In this document: positions 53,280 to 62,167 of the stretch, piece by piece
How positions within the stretch are numbered: position 1 is the first letter of the stretch
How the letters are laid out: each line of letters starts with the position of its first letter
Position numbers and translations under genes: made by a program
Assembly: GCA_027490755.1 (NCBI GenBank)
Contig: JAIXXL010000008.1
Coordinates: forward strand, 11,391 to 75,390
Direction: 5' to 3'
DNA from: Betaproteobacteria bacterium
GTDB lineage: Bacteria > Pseudomonadota > Gammaproteobacteria > Burkholderiales > UBA3065
DNA length: 64,000 nucleotides
The notes under the pieces: generated by a model
The model's database searches: none
The model's input: only the letters and a program-made list of their open reading frames with translations
What the model was told of the DNA's origin: nothing

Positions 53280-54134
53280 TTAGACCATGCCCTTGGCGAC
53301 GGCGTAGATCTGCTCGGCGTCGAACACCTGATCGGCGGCCTCGAACAGCTTGCCGACGCAGGCGCGGTGAACGGCCAGCTTGAGGTTGCCGAAGCCGAGC
53401 GCGCCGTAGACGATCTTGCCGTGCTTCTCGACCGCCTTGTCGCCCATACCGATGCCGGCGATGCCGAGCGGCGGGGTGGCGTTGGCGTCGCACAGAACCT
53501 CGAGGGTCTTGCTGGTGGCCCAGTCGTCCTCACGCAGCAGCTCGCTGCTGGCGGCGCCGGCAGAGAAGATCAGGTGGGCGCCCTGGATGGCGGCGAGGCG
53601 CTCTTCCGGGGTGCCACCGGCGGCGGCGATGCAGTCAAAGCCAAAACGTGCCTTGATGTCGTCGCATGCTGCCTGTGCCTTGTCGACGGTGCGCGAGGTG
53701 ATGACCACCTGCGCGCCCTCGCCCGCCAGCATGGCGGCGGCGCGCTGGCCGACCGGGCCGGTGCCGGCGAGGATGACCGCGCGCTTGCCCTTGGCCGAGG
53801 TGTGCTTGGTGAGGCAGGCAACACCAGCGGCAGCGGTGGTGTTCGAGCCGTTGGAGTCGAGCATCACCGAGACGCGGAACTTGGCGAAGAACTTCTTCTG
53901 CACGGCGCTGAACAGCTCCTGGCCGGCGGCAAGGTTGCTGCCACCAACGAAGATGGCGGTGTTCTGCTTGTCGCCGCGGGTGAAGATGCAGCCGTCGACA
54001 AGGAAGCCGACGTTCTGCGGGTTGATGCCACCGTGGACGATGACGTGGTCGGCGCCGCCGTCGTAGGCGACTACGGTGTCGAAGCTGTTGCCGAGGGCGT
54101 CGGTGTCCAGCTGGAACAGGAGTTTCTTGCTCAT
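53280..54134 (-). CDS. mtdA: NADP-dependent methylene-H4F/methylene-H4MPT dehydrogenase MtdA
   Basis: MSKKLLFQLDTDA...YDGGADH...AIFVGGSN...FRVSVMLDSNGSNTTAAAGVA closely parallels Methylobacterium MtdA as I recall it. Confidence 0.9.
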   Translation of the reverse strand: MSKKLLFQLDTDALGNSFDTVVAYDGGADHVIVHGGINPQNVGFLVDGCIFTRGDKQNTAIFVGGSNLAAGQELFSAVQKKFFAKFRVSVMLDSNGSNTTAAAGVACLTKHTSAKGKRAVILAGTGPVGQRAAAMLAGEGAQVVITSRTVDKAQAACDDIKARFGFDCIAAAGGTPEERLAAIQGAHLIFSAGAASSELLREDDWATSKTLEVLCDANATPPLGIAGIGMGDKAVEKHGKIVYGALGFGNLKLAVHRACVGKLFEAADQVFDAEQIYAVAKGMV

Positions 54135-54155
54135 GTCGTGTACTCGGTATTCAGG

Positions 54156-54181
54156 ATAAAAACAGCCCCGTGGTACGGGGC
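54156..54181 (-). terminator. Intra-cluster terminator/attenuator between hprA and mtdA
   Basis: Stem gccccgt/acggggc with a 3-nt loop. On the minus-strand transcript it is followed by uguuuuuauc. Confidence 0.6.
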
Positions 54182-54204
54182 GGGCGATTCAGGCCAGATG
54201 CTGA

Positions 54205-55152
54205 TCAGGTCACCAGGTGCTGCGGGGTGCCGGCGATGAACAGCTCGACGTTGTCGATCAGCTGGTCGGCAAGGAACTGCATGGCGCCGTCCGATGCCCA
54301 CGCCACGTGCGGCGTGAGGATGAAGTTCGGCGTGCGGATGTCGAGCAGCGGGTTACCTTCCTTGGGCGGTTCCTTGGTCAGCACGTCGAAGCCGGCACCG
54401 GCGATGAGGCCGGTCTCCAGCGCTTCCTTGAGCGCTGCTTCGTCCACCAGACCGCCGCGGGCGGTGTTGATGAGGATGGCGCTGCGCTTCATCTTGCGGA
54501 ACTGCTCAAGGCCGATGAAGCCGCGTGATTCCGGGGTGAGCGGGCAGTGCAGCGAGATGATGTCCGACTCGCGCAGCACGGTGTCCGGGTCGGTGAACTC
54601 GACGTCGGGCGCCTTGGGCGGCGGGTGGTCGGCGAACAGCACGCGCATGCCGAGAGCCTTGGCGATCTTGGCGGTGCCTTGTCCGAGCGCGCCCTCGCCG
54701 AAGATACCGAGGGTGCTGCCGTAGAGGTCGCTGATGCTGTGGTCGAAGAAGCAGAACTGGTCCTGAGCCTGCCAGCGACCCTTCAGCACATCTTCGCGGT
54801 AGGCGATGATGTTGCGGCGCAGCGCGAAGATCAGGGCAAAGGAGTGTTCCGGAACCGTGTGCACGGCGTAGTTGCGGATGTTGGCCACCGCAACGCCGCG
54901 CTCGCGGCAGGCCGGCACATCGATCACGTCGTACCCGGTCGCAGCCACCGCGATCATCTTCAGATTGGGCAGCTGTTCCAGCGTCGCCTTGCGGATGGGC
55001 ACCTTGTTGGTGATGGCCACCGTGGCGTTCTTCAGGCGTGCGACCACCTCAGACTCGAGCGTCTGGACGTGCTCCTCCCAAGTGTGCTCGAACTTCGGCC
55101 GACGGACGTTCGCCTTCAGCGATTGCCGGTCCAGGAATACGACGTGCTCCAT
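54205..55152 (-). CDS. hprA: Hydroxypyruvate reductase / glycerate dehydrogenase (D-2-hydroxyacid dehydrogenase family)
   Basis: NAD-binding GIFGEGALGQGTAKIAKALGMRV, the catalytic region LINTARGGLVDE...TPHVAWAS, and its position after sga. Confidence 0.85.
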   Translation of the reverse strand: MEHVVFLDRQSLKANVRRPKFEHTWEEHVQTLESEVVARLKNATVAITNKVPIRKATLEQLPNLKMIAVAATGYDVIDVPACRERGVAVANIRNYAVHTVPEHSFALIFALRRNIIAYREDVLKGRWQAQDQFCFFDHSISDLYGSTLGIFGEGALGQGTAKIAKALGMRVLFADHPPPKAPDVEFTDPDTVLRESDIISLHCPLTPESRGFIGLEQFRKMKRSAILINTARGGLVDEAALKEALETGLIAGAGFDVLTKEPPKEGNPLLDIRTPNFILTPHVAWASDGAMQFLADQLIDNVELFIAGTPQHLVT

Positions 55153-55189
55153 GGGTTCTCCCCTTCAGTTCTTCTTGTCGACGCGACCG

Positions 55190-55214
55190 CTCAGGCCTGC
55201 ACGGCAGGCCTGAG
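55190..55214 (-). other. Perfect 10-bp stem-loop between sga and hprA (no U-tract)
   Basis: ctcaggcctg-cacgg-caggcctgag lies 9 nt after the sga stop. It is a candidate mRNA stabiliser or processing site rather than a terminator. Confidence 0.5.
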
Positions 55215-55222
55215 GGCTTTGC

Positions 55223-56419
55223 TTACCAGCGCTTGAGCAGGCCTGCGGGCGGCTCGTTGTTGCGCCAGTACTCGCTGGCGGCGGCGATACCGCTGCCTGG
55301 CTGGACCTTGATGCCGACGTCAAGCATGGCCATCTCGGCGCCGACGATGCCAGCCGAGAGGTGCACCTCGTTGAGGTCGCCCAGGTGACCGATGCGGAAC
55401 AGCTTGCCGGCGACCTTGGACAGACCGGCGCCCAGCGACACGTTGTAGCGGTGGTAGGCGCGCGAGATCACGTCAGCGCCGTTGAAGCCTTCCGGCACCA
55501 TGACGGCCGAGACCGTGTTGGAGTACCACTTCGGGTCCTTGGCGCACAGTTGCAGGCCCCAGCCCTTCTGGACGGCAGCGCGGCAACCTTCAGCCAGGTA
55601 GGTGTGGCGGGCGATGATGTTGTCGAGGCCTTCTTCTTCGATGACCTTGAGCGCCTCGATCAGGCCGTAGAACAGCGACAGCGCCGGGGTGTACGGGAAG
55701 TAGCCGGTGGCGTTGGCGTTGATCATGTCGCCGAGGTCGAAGTAGCAGCGCTTCATCTTGGCGGTGGTGCGCAGCTCGAGTGCCTTCTGGCTGGCGCAGA
55801 GCACACCCAGACCGGCCGGCAGCATCAGACCCTTCTGCGAGCCCGAGACGGCCATGTCGACGCCCCAGTCATCAAAGCGGAAGTCGATCGAGCCGAGGCC
55901 CGAGACGGTGTCGACGAACAGCAGCGCCGGGTGCTTGGCGTCGTTCAGTGCCTTGCGGACGGCAGCGATGTCGGACGACACGCCGGTGGCGGTCTCGTTG
56001 TGGCAGGCCAGAACGGCCTTGATCTGGTGGCCGGTGTCGGCCTTCAGGCGCTCGGCGTACTGGTCGGCCGGCACGCCGGTGCCCCACTCGACGTCGATCA
56101 CCTCAACGTCGAGACCGAGGCGGGTGCACATGTCGATCCACAGGTGGCTGAACTGGCCGAAGCGCGAGGCGAGGACCTTGTCGCCCGGGCTCAGCGTGTT
56201 GGTGACGGCAGCTTCCCAGCAGCCGGTGCCGGACGACGGGAAGACGAAAGGAGTGCCAGTGGTGGTGCGGAACAGCTTCTTCAGGCCCGGAGCGATCTGT
56301 TCCCAGAGCGACGGGAACTTCGGCGAGCGGTGGTCTTCCATCGAGACGACCTGGGCGCGGAGGACGCGGTCGGGCACATTGGAAGGACCGGGAACGAACA
56401 GGAAATTACGACCAGCCAC
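55223..56419 (-). CDS. sgaA: Serine--glyoxylate aminotransferase (class V aminotransferase)
   Basis: NFLFVPGPSNVPDRVLRA..., the PLP lysine region (AVSGSQKGLMLPAGLG), and its position between glyA and hprA. GTG 56419 lies 8 nt after GAGGAG. Confidence 0.9.
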   Translation of the reverse strand: MAGRNFLFVPGPSNVPDRVLRAQVVSMEDHRSPKFPSLWEQIAPGLKKLFRTTTGTPFVFPSSGTGCWEAAVTNTLSPGDKVLASRFGQFSHLWIDMCTRLGLDVEVIDVEWGTGVPADQYAERLKADTGHQIKAVLACHNETATGVSSDIAAVRKALNDAKHPALLFVDTVSGLGSIDFRFDDWGVDMAVSGSQKGLMLPAGLGVLCASQKALELRTTAKMKRCYFDLGDMINANATGYFPYTPALSLFYGLIEALKVIEEEGLDNIIARHTYLAEGCRAAVQKGWGLQLCAKDPKWYSNTVSAVMVPEGFNGADVISRAYHRYNVSLGAGLSKVAGKLFRIGHLGDLNEVHLSAGIVGAEMAMLDVGIKVQPGSGIAAASEYWRNNEPPAGLLKRW

Positions 56420-56497
56420 TTGATTTCTCCTCTTGGAACCGGCGATGCCTCAGCGGGCATGCCGTTTGGGCTTGCTGATACAGGTTTGAACGAAGGT

Positions 56498-56539
56498 AAA
56501 AAAACTGGCGGGGCGCCCGGCATCAGCCGGACGCCCCGG
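56498..56539 (-). terminator. Rho-independent terminator after glyA
   Basis: Hairpin cggggcg-cccgg-catcag-ccgg-a-cgccccg. On the minus-strand transcript it is followed by a 7-U run (A-run at 56498-56504 on the + strand). Confidence 0.75.
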
Positions 56540-56550
56540 AAGGCAGATGC

Positions 56551-57837
56551 TTAGTTGTTGCCGTAGACCGGGAAGGCGCGGGTCAGCTCGGTGACCTGGG
56601 CCTTCACCGCAGCGATGCGGGCTGCATCGTGCGGGGCCTCGAGCACGTCGGCGACCAGGTTGGCGGTCAGCGCGGCCTGCTCTTCCTTGAAGCCACGGGT
56701 GGTCATGGCCGGCGAACCCAGACGGATGCCGCTGGTCACGAAGGGCTTCTCGGGATCGTTCGGGATGCCGTTCTTGTTGCAGGTGATGTGTGCCTCGCCC
56801 AGGACACGCTCGGCTTCCTTGCCGGTGATGCCCTTGGCGCGCAGGTCGACCAACATAACGTGGCTCTCGGTGCGGCCGCTGACGATGCGCAGACCGCGCG
56901 CGGTCAGGGTGTCGGCGAGCACGGCGGCGTTCTTCTTGACCTGTTGCTGGTAGGTCTTGAAGGACGGCTGCAGCGCCTCGTGGAAGGCGGTCGCCTTGCC
57001 GGCGATGACGTGCATCAGCGGGCCACCCTGAACACCCGGGAACACGGCCGAGTTCAGCTTCTTGGCCATCTCTTCGTTGTTGGTGAGGATGATGCCGCCA
57101 CGCGGGCCACGCAGGCTCTTGTGGGTGGTCGAGGTGACGACGTCGGCGAACGGCACCGGGTTCGGGTACTCGCCGGCGGCGATCAGGCCCGAGTAGTGCG
57201 CCATATCCACCATAAAGTAGGCACCGACGGCCTTGGCGACCTTGGCGAAGCGCTCCCAGTCGATCTTCAGCGCGTAGGCCGAGGCACCGGCGATGATCAG
57301 CTTGGGCTTGTGCTCGTGGGCCAGACGCTCCATGGCGTCGTAGTCGATGACTTCGTTGCCGTCGAGGCCGTAGCTGACGACCTTGAACCACTTGCCCGAC
57401 ATGTTCAGGTGCATGCCGTGGGTCAGGTGACCGCCCTCGGCCAGGCTCATGCCCATGATGGTGTCGCCCGGGTTCAGCAGTGCGAGGAAAGCGGCCTGGT
57501 TGGCCTGCGAGCCAGAGCTGGCCTGCACGTTGGCGAAGTCGGCGCTGTAAAGCTGCTTCAGGCGGTCGATACAGAGCTGTTCGACGATGTCGACGTACTC
57601 GCAGCCACCGTAGTAGCGCTTGCCGGGGTAACCCTCAGCGTACTTGTTGGTGAGGACCGAGCCCTGGGCCTGCATGACGGCCGGGCTGGTGTAGTTCTCG
57701 GATGCGATCAGCTCGATGTGTTCTTCCTGGCGGCGCGCCTCCTGCAGGATCGCGGCCCACAGGTCAGGGTCACCCTGGGCGACCGACAGGTTGTTGGGGA
57801 ATGCACAGGTCTGGAAGCCCGCTGCAGGGTGAGTCAT
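56551..57837 (-). CDS. glyA: Serine hydroxymethyltransferase
   Basis: [67 protein letters not shown]. Confidence 0.95.
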   Translation of the reverse strand: MTHPAAGFQTCAFPNNLSVAQGDPDLWAAILQEARRQEEHIELIASENYTSPAVMQAQGSVLTNKYAEGYPGKRYYGGCEYVDIVEQLCIDRLKQLYSADFANVQASSGSQANQAAFLALLNPGDTIMGMSLAEGGHLTHGMHLNMSGKWFKVVSYGLDGNEVIDYDAMERLAHEHKPKLIIAGASAYALKIDWERFAKVAKAVGAYFMVDMAHYSGLIAAGEYPNPVPFADVVTSTTHKSLRGPRGGIILTNNEEMAKKLNSAVFPGVQGGPLMHVIAGKATAFHEALQPSFKTYQQQVKKNAAVLADTLTARGLRIVSGRTESHVMLVDLRAKGITGKEAERVLGEAHITCNKNGIPNDPEKPFVTSGIRLGSPAMTTRGFKEEQAALTANLVADVLEAPHDAARIAAVKAQVTELTRAFPVYGNN

Positions 57838-58085
57838 GGACGAATCTCCTCGGTTCGAATCTGTGGTCTTGTCCGGTCGCCGAAGCGCTTGCGACGCCGG
57901 ACCGTCCGCCCTGTCAGTTCAGCCACAGGACTTGGGAAAGGCACATCGCGGGTGTCACGCTCCGGGGCGCAGACTGTCAAGATTAGCCCACGCTTTCAGA
58001 TGATGAAAGGTGCAGCAATACGGCATGGGTTGCAATCGCAAAGATTTATGCATCCCATATGAAAACCGAATCGGCAGCCAGGCCC

Positions 58086-58141
58086 GAAAAAACGCCGCGA
58101 AGATGGTCGGCTGGGACGCCATGCCGCAGTCGACCACCGCG
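58086..58141 (-). terminator. Possible terminator after folE2
   Basis: Interrupted hairpin (gcg-g-tggtcg ... cgacca-tctt-cgc). On the minus-strand transcript it is followed by a 6-U run (A-run at 58087-58092 on the + strand). Confidence 0.4.
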
Positions 58142-58147
58142 TCGGTT

Positions 58148-58945
58148 TTACTGGGCGCCGCCCTCGATCAGGGCATAGGCCGAGTGGTTGTGGATCGACT
58201 CGAAGTTCTCGGACTCGACGACGAAGCGACCGATGCGATGGTCGGCCTTGAGCGCCGCGGCGACGTCACGGACCATGTCCTCGACGAACTTGGGGTTCTC
58301 GTAAGCGCGCTCGGTCACGTACTTCTCGTCGGGACGCTTGAGCAGCCCGTACAGCTCGCACGAGGCCTGGGACTCGACGGTCTGGATGACGTCCTCGATC
58401 CAGACGAAGTCGCGCGTCTCGACGGTGACGGTGACGTGCGAGCGCTGGTTGTGAGCGCCGTAGTCGGAGATGTTCTTGGAGCAGGGGCAGAGACTGGTGA
58501 CCGGCACCAGCACCTTCATCTGGAAGCGGTAGTTGCCGTTGCGCACCTCGCCGATGAAGGTGACCTCGTAGTCGAGCAGGCTCTCCACACCCGACACTGG
58601 CGCCTTCTTGTTGACGAAGTAAGGGAAGCGCATCTCGATGTAGCCGGCCTCAGCCTCGAGACGGGCGACCATCTCGCGCACCAGCGGCTCGAAAGACTCG
58701 ACCGAGATCTCGCGATCACCGCTGTTGAGGATCTCGACGAAGCGGCTCATGTGCGTGCCCTTGAAGTTGTGGGGCAGGTGCACATACATGTTGAAGTTGG
58801 CGACGGTGTGCTGCACACCACCCGAGCGGTCCATGACCTTGGCGGGATGGCGGATGTCCTTGATCCCGACCTTGTCGATGGCCAGCTGGCGCGTGTCCGG
58901 CGTGCCCTGAACGTCGGGGATCTGGATAGGTTCGTTGGGATGCAT
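58148..58945 (-). CDS. folE2: GTP cyclohydrolase FolE2 (type IB)
   Basis: [29 protein letters not shown]...[13 protein letters not shown]...SLCPCSK...HNQRSHVTV are the characteristic FolE2 blocks. Confidence 0.9.
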   Translation of the reverse strand: MHPNEPIQIPDVQGTPDTRQLAIDKVGIKDIRHPAKVMDRSGGVQHTVANFNMYVHLPHNFKGTHMSRFVEILNSGDREISVESFEPLVREMVARLEAEAGYIEMRFPYFVNKKAPVSGVESLLDYEVTFIGEVRNGNYRFQMKVLVPVTSLCPCSKNISDYGAHNQRSHVTVTVETRDFVWIEDVIQTVESQASCELYGLLKRPDEKYVTERAYENPKFVEDMVRDVAAALKADHRIGRFVVESENFESIHNHSAYALIEGGAQ

Positions 58946-59094
58946 GAAGGCCTCTGGGTAGGGGATTCGTGTTCTGTGCGGTCGGCGAGTATACGGCAGG
59001 GCCGTAAATATCCGACTGATATGGTCGGGATTCGGTTCCGCCGCGGCGCATTCCGGACGCCGTCCAGAGCGGCTACGGGTACGCCGCCCCGGCG

Positions 59095-60009
59095 CTAGGA
59101 ACCGCGCGCGAGCAGCGCGCCGGCCAGCTCGCGCAGGCGGCGGCTGGAACCCGGAACGGTGTCGAGCGCCGTGATGGCGCGCGCGTGCAGCTCGGCCGCC
59201 AGTTCGCGGGCCGGACGGATGCCGAGGATGCTGACGTAGGTCGGCTTGTTGGCGGCCTGGTCCTTGCCGGCGGTCTTGCCCAGCGCCTCTGTGCTGGCCT
59301 CGGCGTCGAGGATGTCATCGACCACCTGGAACGCCAGCCCGACCGCCATGGCGTAACGGTCGAGGGCGGCGGCGACCGGCGTGCCGACCTCACCGGCGCA
59401 GGCGGTGGCCATGGACACCGCGGCGCGGATCAGGGCGCCGGTCTTGTGGATGTGCATGTGCTCCAGTTGCGGCACGCTCAACTCCACGCCGACGCTGTCG
59501 AGGTCGATGGCCTGGCCACCAGCCATGCCGCGCGAGCCGCTGGCCAGCGCCAGCTGGTGGACGATGGCGACCTGCGCGGCCGGCTCGATGCCGAGGCGAG
59601 GCGCCGAGACCAGGCCAAAGGCCAACGACTGCAAGCTGTCGCCGACCAGCATGGCGGTGGCCTCGTCCCAGGCGATGTGGACGGTGGGCTTGCCGCGGCG
59701 GAGGTCGTCGTCGTCCATGCACGGCAGGTCGTCGTGGACCAGCGAGTAGGCGTGGATCAGCTCCACGGCGCAAGCCACGGCCTCGACCGCGGGGCCGGGC
59801 GCCGTGACCGCCTCGCCGGCGGCAAAGGCGAGCAGCGGGCGCACGCGCTTGCCGCCACCCAGCACGGCGTAGCGCATCGCCGCGTGCAGGCGCTGCGGCA
59901 CGATGTCGGCCGCGGGCAGCGCGCGGTCGAGCGCAGACTCGACGCGGTCGCGGACCGCGTCAGCCCAGTCGGCGAAGGCGTCCCCGGCGGCGGCTGGCGC
60001 TGCGCTCAA
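59095..60009 (-). CDS. ispA: (2E,6E)-farnesyl diphosphate synthase
   Basis: First and second Asp-rich motifs ([20 protein letters not shown]; FQVVDDILD). TTG start at 60009 overlaps the xseB stop (TTGA). Confidence 0.9.
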   Translation of the reverse strand: MSAAPAAAGDAFADWADAVRDRVESALDRALPAADIVPQRLHAAMRYAVLGGGKRVRPLLAFAAGEAVTAPGPAVEAVACAVELIHAYSLVHDDLPCMDDDDLRRGKPTVHIAWDEATAMLVGDSLQSLAFGLVSAPRLGIEPAAQVAIVHQLALASGSRGMAGGQAIDLDSVGVELSVPQLEHMHIHKTGALIRAAVSMATACAGEVGTPVAAALDRYAMAVGLAFQVVDDILDAEASTEALGKTAGKDQAANKPTYVSILGIRPARELAAELHARAITALDTVPGSSRRLRELAGALLARGS

Positions 60010-60266
60010 GCCGCGTCCCCGCTGTCGAACGCGCGCAGCACGTCGCCGTCAAGCATCTCGACGTGCTGTCGCACCGCGGCCAGACGCTCGCGACACGCGA
60101 CCAGCAGCTGGCTGCCGCGGCGGTAGGCCTCGAGCGAGGCATCGAGCGGCAGCTTGCCGCCCTCCAGCTGCGCGACCAGCGACTCCAGCTCGGTCACTGC
60201 GGCCTCAAAGTCGAAGGGCTCGGCGGCCTGGGCCGCGGGCGTGTTGTCGTTGGTCATGGGTAGCAC
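60006..60266 (-). CDS. xseB: Exodeoxyribonuclease VII small subunit
   Basis: FEAAVTELESLVAQLEGGKLPLDASLEAYRRGSQLLVACRERL is the canonical XseB pattern. It is paired with ispA. Confidence 0.9.
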   Translation of the reverse strand: MLPMTNDNTPAAQAAEPFDFEAAVTELESLVAQLEGGKLPLDASLEAYRRGSQLLVACRERLAAVRQHVEMLDGDVLRAFDSGDAA

Positions 60267-61042
60267 TCGGCGATGGCGGGGAAGCTGCGCGTGCGTACGG
60301 CGTCAACGTAGCGGCGAACGGCGTCGCCCACCCCTCCGGCGCCGGCGGAGAATTCGCGGACAAAACGGGGCAAGGGTGGCGGGGTGATGCCGAGCATGTC
60401 GTGCAGCACCAGCACCTGGCCATCACAGTCGGGGCCGGCGCCGCAGCCGATGACCGGGATGCTGACGGCGTCGCGGATGGCGCGTCCGACCGGTGCCGGC
60501 ACCGTCTCCAGCACCAGCACGCGGGCGCCGGCCTCCTGCAGCGCGATGGCGTCGGAGATCAGCTGCGCGACCGAATCCTCGTTGCGGCCCTGCACTACGT
60601 AGCCGCCATATTGGTGAACCGACTGTGGCGTCAGGCCGATGTGCCCACACACCGGGATGCCCCGCGTGGAGACGAATTCGACGGTGCGTGCCATCAGCTC
60701 GCCGCCCTCGAGCTTGACCATCTGCGCGCCGGCCGCGACCAGCCTCGCCGCCGACTCGAAGGCCTGCTGCGGCGACACCTGGTAGCTGCCGAACGGCAGG
60801 TCGGCCATGACCAGCGCCGGTCCACTGGCACTGGCGACGCAGCGGGTGTGGTAGACGACGTCGTCGACGGTCACCGGCAGGGTCGAATCGGCGCCCTGCA
60901 CCACCATGCCGAGCGAGTCGCCGACCAGCAGCAGGTCGACATCGCAGTCGCTCAGCAGGCGCGCAAAGGCGGCCTCGTAGCAGGTCAGGGCGACGATCGG
61001 CGTGCCCGCGGCGCGCATCGCCTCGAGGCGGCGGACGTTCAT
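60254..61042 (-). CDS. panB: 3-methyl-2-oxobutanoate hydroxymethyltransferase
   Basis: LTCYEAAFARLL...LLVGDSLGMVVQG..., VMADLPFGSY, VKLEGG, CGHIGLTPQS. The ATG is at 61042. Confidence 0.9.
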   Translation of the reverse strand: MNVRRLEAMRAAGTPIVALTCYEAAFARLLSDCDVDLLLVGDSLGMVVQGADSTLPVTVDDVVYHTRCVASASGPALVMADLPFGSYQVSPQQAFESAARLVAAGAQMVKLEGGELMARTVEFVSTRGIPVCGHIGLTPQSVHQYGGYVVQGRNEDSVAQLISDAIALQEAGARVLVLETVPAPVGRAIRDAVSIPVIGCGAGPDCDGQVLVLHDMLGITPPPLPRFVREFSAGAGGVGDAVRRYVDAVRTRSFPAIAECYP

Positions 61043-61049
61043 GCGCGCG

Positions 61050-61688
61050 TCAGCCACGGCTGAAGAACTCCCGCGGCCCACGCATCTGGCCGATGCGGTT
61101 GAGCAGCATGCCGAAGGCCTCGTCGTCGTCGACGAAGTTGAGTTTCGCGCTGTTGACGATGAGCACCGGGGCGGCGTCGTACTGGTGGAAGAAGCGACTG
61201 TAGCCTTCTGCGAGCCGGCCGAGGTAGTCGGCGTCCATGCCCTGCTCGTAGGCGACGCCACGACGCCGCACGCGCTCCACCAGCGACGACAGCGGCGCCT
61301 GCAGGTAGATGACCAGGTCTGGCGGCGGTGACTCGGGCGCCAGCTTGTCGAACACGGTGCGGTACAGGCCGTACTCGGCGTCGTCCAGGTTGAGCCGGGC
61401 GAACAGTGGGTCCTTGTCGAGCAGGAAGTCGCTCACCGTGAGCGGCGTGAACAGGCCCGGCTGCGCCAGGCTGCGCAGCTGTTCGGCGCGCTGGAACAGG
61501 AAGCTGAGCTGGGTCGGCAGCGCGTAGCGCCGCATGTCCTTGTAGAACAGCGGCAGGAAAGGGTTGTCGCCAGGCGCCTCGAGCAGCAGCTCGCCGTCCC
61601 AGGTCTCGGCCAGCCGCCGCGCGAGCGAGGTCTTGCCGGCCCCGATCGGCCCCTCTACCACCACGTGGCGGAATGCCGGCACGCTCAT
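61050..61688 (-). CDS. Deoxynucleoside kinase
   Basis: P-loop VVEGPIGAGKTSLARRL, the dNK-type ERS-like and LID regions (VERVRRRGVAYEQGMDADYL). The ATG at 61688 overlaps the folK stop (ATGA). Confidence 0.8.
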   Translation of the reverse strand: MSVPAFRHVVVEGPIGAGKTSLARRLAETWDGELLLEAPGDNPFLPLFYKDMRRYALPTQLSFLFQRAEQLRSLAQPGLFTPLTVSDFLLDKDPLFARLNLDDAEYGLYRTVFDKLAPESPPPDLVIYLQAPLSSLVERVRRRGVAYEQGMDADYLGRLAEGYSRFFHQYDAAPVLIVNSAKLNFVDDDEAFGMLLNRIGQMRGPREFFSRG

Positions 61689-62167
61689 CCGGGCATCACC
61701 TCGAGGCGCTGGCCGGCGATGGCCGGGAGCAGGTCGCGCAGCGCGCCGTGGCCGGGGATGGCGATGTCGGGCGCGATCTCCGACAGCGGGAGCAGCACGA
61801 AGGCGCGCTCGTGCATGCGCGGGTGCGGCACGGTCAGGGTCGGGGTGTCGATGCGATCGTCGCCGTACAGGGCGATGTCGAGGTCGAGCGTGCGGGGCGC
61901 GTTCTGGAACTCGCGCACGCGACCGTGGCGGCGCTCGATGTCGAGCAGGTGCGCGAGCAGCGTCTCGGCCTCGAGGCCGGTTTCGACGGCGGCCACCGCG
62001 TTGACGAAGTCGGGCTGGTCGAGGTAACCGACCGGCGCCGAGCGCCACAACGAGGACCGGGCAAGAAAGCGGGTCTGCGGCAGGCGGCCGAGCTCGTCGA
62101 AGGCGGCGTCGAGCTGCGACACCGGATCGGCCAGGTTGCTGCCCAGCGCGATGTAGGCGCGCGTCAC
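61685..62167 (-). CDS. folK: 2-amino-4-hydroxy-6-hydroxymethyldihydropteridine diphosphokinase
   Basis: AYIALGSNLADP...RSSLWRSAPVG...QPDFVNAVAAVET...PRTLDLDIALYGD...LTVPHPRMHERAFVL. The GTG at 62167 overlaps the pcnB stop (GTGA). Confidence 0.85.
   Translation of the reverse strand: MTRAYIALGSNLADPVSQLDAAFDELGRLPQTRFLARSSLWRSAPVGYLDQPDFVNAVAAVETGLEAETLLAHLLDIERRHGRVREFQNAPRTLDLDIALYGDDRIDTPTLTVPHPRMHERAFVLLPLSEIAPDIAIPGHGALRDLLPAIAGQRLEVMPG

Noticed and set aside
57838-59094. ZTP (pfl), THF-I or THF-II (folE motif) riboswitch upstream of glyA or folE2
   Set aside because: I could not find the conserved cores as I remember them (for example ACUGGCG ... CCGGG ... CCGCCUGGGC for ZTP) on the relevant strand. 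Without an Infernal scan this is a provisional negative.
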